NCBI GenBank assembly: GCA_964016885.1
Contig: OZ024743.1
Coordinates: forward strand, 269,080,001-269,144,000
Origin: Eledone cirrhosa
Lineage: Eukaryota
Direction: 5' to 3'
Length of the DNA stretch: 64,000 nt
The notes under the pieces were generated by a model, which saw only the letters and a program-made list of their open reading frames with translations, had not been told where the DNA came from and did no database searches. Below, in pieces: positions 55,357 to 64,000 of the stretch. The first letter of the stretch is position 1; each line of letters opens with the position of its first letter. The position numbers were made by a program, and so were the translations under genes.

Positions 55357-55699
55357 CTTCACTCACATACACACTTCATCAGCAAATATGTATGGAAACA
55401 TCTAAGTGATTGTTTGACGTGCTAAATGTAGTGAAATATGGCCTTATATCACAGCCCAACCATCACTACGTTTGCAGAGGAAGGACTTGTTGCACAATGT
55501 AATCCTAGATATACAAAAATGACGGGATGGCTATAACCGGAACGCTTTCAATGAAGGCGTGTCTGAGTCTTAACAGCAACAACAATAATGAATTTTGTGC
55601 CAAATATAAATAAATCTTACTCCATTTGTTTTTATGCAATGTTCCACAACTCTAGTCTGCCATGCATATGGCGGCATTACTTGCCTTCCCAAAATGTTG

Positions 55700-56360
55700 C
55701 TATATTATTTGTCTGCCGTAACCATTACTACACCCCTTGTCTACCATACATGTTACACCTTTAGTTTACCATAAATATTACTACACCACCAGTCTACCAT
55801 ATATATATTATTAAACCACCATTATACTATAAATATTACTAGGGCGGTGGATTGGCAGTATCGGTAGAGGGTCGGACGCCATGCTTTGACGCATAGAGTT
55901 ACGGTCCTTGCCATTCTGAGTTCAAATCCCGCGCAGGTTAACTTTGCCTTTCATCCTTACTGGGTCGATAAAATAAAGTACCAGTAATGCACTGGGTAAT
56001 TGCTGGCCTTGTGCCAAAAGTAGAAACAATTATACTATAAATATTACTACACCACAGTCTAACCATAAAGGTTGCTGGTTGCTACACCAACACTCTACCA
56101 TAAAGGTTGCTACACCACCTCTCTACCATGAATATTACCAGTCTACTATAATATATTACTAAACCACCATTCTACCATAAATATTACTACACCACGAGTC
56201 TACCATATATATTATTACTAAGCCACTTTAGCCTACCATATGTATTACTACACCACCAGTCTACCATAAATATTTACAAGGTTTGTCTTCCATAAACGTT
56301 ACTAAACCACTTGTCTACCATAAATGTTACTAAACCGTTAGCCTACCATAAATATTACTA
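55700..56360 (+). repeat. About 30-bp minisatellite interrupted by a SINE
   Basis: Variants of TCTACCATAAATATTACTACACCAC. Confidence 0.85.
55842..56028 (+). mobile_element. Full-length tRNA-derived SINE with 21-bp TSD
   Basis: ATTATACTATAAATATTACTA occurs at 55821-55841 and 56029-56049. Confidence 0.92.
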
Positions 56361-56616
56361 ATTTCTTTCCCCTGCACACACATACATACATGCCTCCCTC
56401 CCCCACACACACACATGCACCCACCCACACATACATATTATCTGTTAACTACTACTCAATATATTTCCAGAGTGGAAATGTTAGGGGTTGCTACCCAATC
56501 ACCCACACCACTGCTTGTGTCTGTTGGCCGAGGAATCATTTAATGTCTCATATAAAGGCCCAGTACTTTGCCGTAAACAGTAGTGGGATCACAGTGAAAC
56601 TAACGAGTGTTATTAT

Positions 56617-56835
56617 TAGGTGGATTGACAGAATCGGTAGCGCATCGGACAACATACTTTGTGACATAGAGTTACGCTCCTTTACGTTTTGAGTTCAAAT
56701 CCTGCCGAGACTAGCTTTGCCTTTCATCCTTACGGGGTCGATAAATAAAGTACCAATAATGCACTGGGCTTGATTTAATCGACTTTCCCCTTTGCTTAAA
56801 TTGCTGGCCTTGTGCCTATAATAGAAATCATTATT
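56617..56835 (+). mobile_element. tRNA-derived SINE, longer subfamily
   Basis: Same head and body, plus an extra segment (gcttgatttaatcgactttcccctttgc) before the 3' end. Confidence 0.8.
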
Positions 56836-57510
56836 AGATCTCCTGGCAGTGTGTGTATTTCAACTCCAATCGTACTCAAGTTGTGTGCAGTAATGGATTG
56901 GTGATGGCTAGGCTGTAGCCGGGGCTCCTGCAACATTAAAAGGGCACTAAATTAATTTGGTTTCCTACTATAAATAATATGCTATAGTTCCTATGAAAAT
57001 TTCAACCAGTGACCGGATTAAGGCTTCAGTCGCCCCTTGTCGTGTCAAGGGTAATGATTTTTTTTTTCAATCTTTATTTCTGCTTAGAGCAGAATACAAA
57101 ATGTCATGAACATATATTTCTTCCATTTAATCACATTTACTGTCATTGTATTTTTAGTTCTACCTATGATTGGCATTCTTGGCGTCCTTCGTTTCTTTTT
57201 CACCCAACTTTCACCCACGATTGTAACAATTTTAGGGTGTCGTTTCTCCATCTACCAATGGAGTATCCGCCATCTCAGTTTGGGGTCATCATACACTCCA
57301 ATCAGATTCTAGAGAGACCACAAGTTGACCATTTGATGTACCCGGTTTGAATTCTTTCCACACACTCTGGGAAATATGGTCATTAGATGTATTAATAAGC
57401 CATATTAGGATTGGCACTTATATACCCTTCAGTCTTATTTACAGAATGTCAATATTTCACACTTGACTCTCACTTTTCTTGGTTGAAAAAAGTTTGAAGA
57501 AGGCTAAGAC

Positions 57511-57820
57511 CAGGGGTTTCAAACATACCGCTCGCAAACTATTTTTCTATGGACAATTTTCATGATAAATATTTTCCTAAAACTTTGTAATTTTTTCTTG
57601 TTTTCATAATATTTATAATACAATTTATTGCAATCTATTTATGAAATAAAGAAAAAGAAAAATAGAAAAAGCGGAATTTTTCAAAAGTGAACACGAAAAA
57701 TAAAAATGGAATTTACCAAAAGCAAAAACTGAATTAAGGAACATTTCAAACGAAAAGTTTGTCTCTCTAGATTTTGTATTAATTCACATATGTCATTTTT
57801 ATATATGTATTCATTATGAT

Positions 57821-57852
<32 letters not shown>

Positions 57853-58185
57853 TATACTACCACGAGTTTCCGAATAAATAGATTAAGGGGGGGAAAAAAG
57901 CGCTCAATGTTTGTGCAGAGTCAAAATATATTATATGAATAAGGTCTTAACACAAATACATGCTACCTAAGATAGCATGCATAGGGCATAGACATTAAAC
58001 CTCAGATATAATACATTTGTGTTGAGATCTTATTCATATAATATATTTATACGTGGAACAAAAATATCAGCCTATCAGCTGCATTACAAATAAGCATAAC
58101 TGGTTGAAATTACGCATCCCCATCTTACTTTTGGCCCGCTGTGCTTCTCACCGGAGGACGTAATGGCCCTTTTGAGACCCGTATT
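57511..58185 (+). mobile_element. hAT-like element with a nested inverted-repeat cassette (57927-58046)
   Basis: Termini CAGGGGTTTCAAA...TTTGAGACCC. Nested arms atattatatgaataaggtcttaacacaaat / atttgtgttgagatcttattcatataatat. Confidence 0.55.
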
Positions 58186-58871
58186 TAATTGAAGAGGAAA
58201 ATGTCTATCTCCAATCCTCTCAATTTCTTCTTAACACACTACAGTCAACTATCACCACGTTTTACTCAACCTACACTTACACCTATAGATATCTTTCTTT
58301 ATATGTTCTGTACTTTTAGAATTTCTTTTAGGTAATCTTCTATGTTATATATGTTCCTAAGAGGGTTTGGAAAATAAAATAAATTTGCATCCACTATGGT
58401 AATAGAAGGAAACAGTTGATCTGGACGGGATTTGAACTCAAAGTGATGTGAGCCAGTGCAAATACCGAGGTATTTAATCTAACGACCTAACGGCTCTGCT
58501 AATCTGTCAATTCGCCGCCTTCTTGGGAGAGAGGACAATTGATTATATCCACCCCACCCCATCGAACTTGCTTCACAACTGATTTTTTATTTTTATTTTG
58601 CCTCTGATCTTATTAATTAATACACTACTGGTCTCCCATAAGTGTCACGTTTTTTTACTATACAATTAGTTTTGTCTCGTATATCCATCCATATATTTCT
58701 CAACATGGCTCTCAGATTAAACTCTCATCAAACACATCTATCAACCTCTCGCTCACTCGGGCCAATCTGTCTCCTTGTGGCCATCTGTCTGACCAACTTA
58801 CATATTACTTTATTACCCAGCTCAACCTCAACACACCTCACTTCTCCACTTATAATCATCGTCATCATTAT

Positions 58872-58902
<31 letters not shown>

Positions 58903-59179
58903 GTTTCGTCAATACTACGTCTGGTCAAGCTTGTAATGATTATAGTAGTAATTTATGTCGAGGTGGTGGTGGTGGTAGTAGTAATTATAGTAGTAGTAGT
59001 CATTGAAACGGTGGTTGTGGTAATTGTAGCTGTCTAGCCTTGGGTGAGCCCTGTTTGTGCAGATCCTATGATCAAAAGTATTGCAGCGGTGGCCATCCTG
59101 TGTTTTTAGGGTTACCTGGGACTACATTATTTAATGTGTTTCGTTATGTTTTTAAATACAGTAGGGTTTGATTTGAGTA

Positions 59180-59545
59180 ATAATTGATTCTACTTTGGGC
59201 ACAAGGCCAGCAATTCCCCCAGTGAATTACTGGTACTTTAACCTTTCATTCTTACGGGGTCGATAAAATAAAGTTTACCTCGGCAGGATATGAACTCAGA
59301 AAGTAAATGCCCATAACTCTATGCTGCAAAGCATGTTGTCTGACGCTCTACCGATACTGCCAGTTTAAGTAATAATTGTTTCTACTATTGGCACAAGGCC
59401 AGCAATTATCCCAGTACATTACTGGTACTTTATTTTATCGACCCTGCAAGGATGAAAGGCAAAGTGAACCTCGGCGGGATTTGAACTCACACCATAAAGG
59501 GGCGTAACTCTATGCTGCAAAACATGGCGTCCGACCTTCTACTGA
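59180..59545 (-). mobile_element. Two tandem tRNA-derived SINEs (59180-59363 with internal inversion, 59371-59545)
   Basis: Reverse complement of the SINE consensus. Confidence 0.85.
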
Positions 59546-59889
59546 TTAATAATTTCCCCGCAGTGAGACAATTGCCAGCAATTTTCAGTTTCTGTTTTCA
59601 GTTCCCACTTCAACTTTTTATCCAACTGAATACATTAGCAACATTAAGGGAAGTAAGTGATGTTCGTAACAAAAATTGAAAGTAAACCATATTAGCAACA
59701 GTTGAAACGAAACTAAGCGACATTAGCAACGGAAAGTGAAATTAGACATTAGCAATACAAAATGAAAGTAAACGACATTAGCAAGGGTTGAAAGGAAACT
59801 AAGCGACGTTAACAACACAGAGAGTGGACCATAAACGACGTTTACAACACTGGGTGAGACTAGGTGAGTGACGTTAGGATCAGAAAATG

Positions 59890-60202
59890 AAACTAAACTA
59901 CATTAGCAATAGTTAAAGTGAAACTAGACTACATTAGCAATAGTTAAAGTGAAACTAGACTACATTAGCAATAGTTAAAGTGAAACTAGGCTACATTAGC
60001 AATAGTTAAAGTGAAACTAGGCTACATTAGCAATAGTTAAAGTGAAACTAGACTACATTAGCAATAGTTAAAGTGAAACTAGACTATGTTAGCAATAGTT
60101 AAAGTGAAACTAGACTACATTAGCAATAGTTAAAGTGAAACTAGACTACATTAGCAATAGTTAAAGTGAAACTAAACTATGTTAGCAATAGTTAAAGTGA
60201 AA
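59890..60202 (+). repeat. 31-bp minisatellite, about 10 near-identical units, preceded by degenerate units from about 59630
   Basis: ACTACATTAGCAATAGTTAAAGTGAAACTAG. Confidence 0.95.
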
Positions 60203-60379
60203 ATGAGGATGCTAACAACAAATGTAATAGTGAAACACGAGGGAAAAGAAAAGGGGGGAGGTGACATGAACATCATCCCCCCCCCCCGTCCCATCCACTC
60301 ATTTTCCACACTTTTAATAAATCGGGTGTTGGCATTGTGCTTGTGCGCATATATATGCATATACATATATAAAGTATAT

Positions 60380-61914
<1,535 letters not shown>

Positions 61915-62526
61915 AATATTTACTCCAGAATCTTGTGGAGTGCTCTGAATCAGTTATAAACATTTATATTTGCTGTATTTCCAACAAATTAAATATCCCT
62001 TCTACTTATATCCTTGTCGAGCCCTCTTTGGATTTTAGTCTTCACATTTATTATTTACTATATATATATGTATATATATACTCTAGACTCACTTGATCAA
62101 TGAAACAATTGTCAGTACTTTAAATAAAGCCCCTTATTGTACAGCCAACCATGTTACTCTTCATTCTTTAACTATTATTACTCCAAGTATAACCTGCATA
62201 GAAATTACCGCGAACTCACTGTATAACTATGGAAGCATCTTGTAGAGTCAAACAAAGCCGTACGTTAAAACTATCCACGACGTGGATTACCTATAACGAT
62301 AACTTGTTATCCCATATATATATATAAGTTAAAACAATGAAATATAAATTCAAGTCATTAGGAATATACTTCACTGCTTTACGATCGTTTCTAGGTGATA
62401 ATAATACATTGTACGCATATTTCGTTATCGATCTATGTAAGGTTAGTTACAAAATATCAAATAAGGAATATATTTACCTACGTGTATATCGTCAGCCGTT
62501 GTCAAAAGCAAACTAACCGTGGATAT

Positions 62527-62591
<65 letters not shown>

Positions 62592-63494
62592 ATACAATAA
62601 CAGAGAAAGCTTTACGCTAAACTCCGACTGGTAACCATCTCACTAAACAAACATTAGGTTATACGTTAGTATAAACCCAATTTAGTGTCTGGGGTGCTAA
62701 CTATATGTATTTTGTGGAAAGCCAGTTGTATTATTTTATATGAGATATAATTAAAGTTAAAATATATCTCTCTTTCCAAACAATTGTTTCGTTATAAGTT
62801 TTCTACAAGTTGGGAGAATATTTCCAGTTTATGTAGAAGCCTAATATATTTTCATGTAAGAATACAATTAGGTGGGCACTTATAAATCGTCAGTATATAT
62901 ATATATTGTGTGTGACACCGAGAATCAATTTTATCTTCACTTTCTTCGCTTTTTCTTCCGGTTCCACGAAGCCCCTCCATTCTATTATCACATTCATCAT
63001 CATCATCATCATCATCACCACAACTCCCCTCCTCCCACCAAAACAAATATGACCCTCACACCAGAATGACCACGACTATCACCACCACCACCACCACCAC
63101 TACCAATTCATTCATCATTACAACACTGGCACTATCAATGTCTCCCACACCACCAATGCTACATTCATCATTTTAGCATCATCACCTCCAATACATCACA
63201 CCCTTTACGAGCCACCACCACCACCACCATCACTTCCTAATAGTACACCGCCACCATCCGCACCCCACCGCCTCCACATCCACCATTACAAGACCGCCCT
63301 CCGTCACCACCACCACCATCATCATCTCCAAAATATTAAAACCACCACCGCTACCACCTTGACAACAATCACGCTCATCCCCGTCATCACCACCATCATC
63401 AATTCTAAATACTACACTACTACCACCACCTCCACCCCTGCCACCATCATCTCAATCTCATCCGTCACCACCATCATCACTTCCAAATACTACA

Positions 63495-64000
63495 CCACCA
63501 CCTTCACCATCTCCCTCCTCCACCACCACCACCTTCACAATCTCCCCCCTCTCCTCCACCACCACCACCTTCACAATCTCCCCCCTCTCCTCCACCACCA
63601 CCTTCACAATCTCCCTCCTCCACCACCACCACCTTCACAATCTCCCTCCTCCACCACCACCACCTTCACAATCTCCCCCCTCTCCGCCACCACCACCACC
63701 TTCACAATCTCCCGCCTCACCACCACCACCACCTTCACAATCTCGCTCCTCTCCGCCACCACCACCACCTTCACAATCTCCCGCCTCACCACCACCACCA
63801 CCACCTTCACAATCTCCCTCCTCACCACCACCACCTTCACAATCTCCCCCCTCTCCGCCACCACCACCACCTTCACAATCTCCCGCCTCACCACCACCAC
63901 CACCACCTTCACAATCTCGCTCCTCTCCGCCACCACCACCACCTTCACAATCTCCCCCCTCTCCGCCACCACCACCACCTTCACAATCTCCCTCCTCCTC
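63495..64000 (+). repeat. C-rich minisatellite, about 27-36 bp unit, running off the window end
   Basis: (CCA)n-CCTTCACAATCTC(C/G)C...CTC repeated. Confidence 0.95.

Noticed and set aside
63604-63984. 126-aa ORF (KVVVVAERGEIV repeats)
   Set aside because: It is the translation of a C-rich minisatellite with units in multiples of three; there is no evidence of coding.

Overview
This is AT-rich, microsatellite-saturated eukaryotic DNA, either intergenic or inside a large intron. The SINE repertoire and repeat density suggest an octopus or other coleoid cephalopod genome (inference). I could not support any host protein-coding exon, and nearly all listed ORFs are translations of (TA)n, (CA)n or (CCA)n repeats. 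The recognisable content is: a young 5'-truncated RTE LINE (17064-18305, minus) and an older shattered RTE (31180-32680); a CRE-like restriction-endonuclease fragment (4596-4956); about 20 copies of one tRNA-derived SINE plus CORE-type SINEs; Tc1/mariner-type and hAT-type MITEs; a probable non-autonomous Helitron; and several minisatellites. The main unexpected signal is a dense population of about 20 short non-coding cassettes sitting in or beside TA/CA microsatellites. They carry type I hammerhead ribozyme (HHR) motifs, several with a complete fold (1539-1612, 16271-16309, 22571-22645, 51844-51914). Different sequence families share a motif downstream of the ribozyme, and many cassettes are fold-back palindromes whose inversion points lie on the ribozyme core or at its cleavage site. 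The best-fitting interpretation is Penelope-like-element pseudo-LTR or retrozyme-like remnants. All folds and alignments were done by eye.
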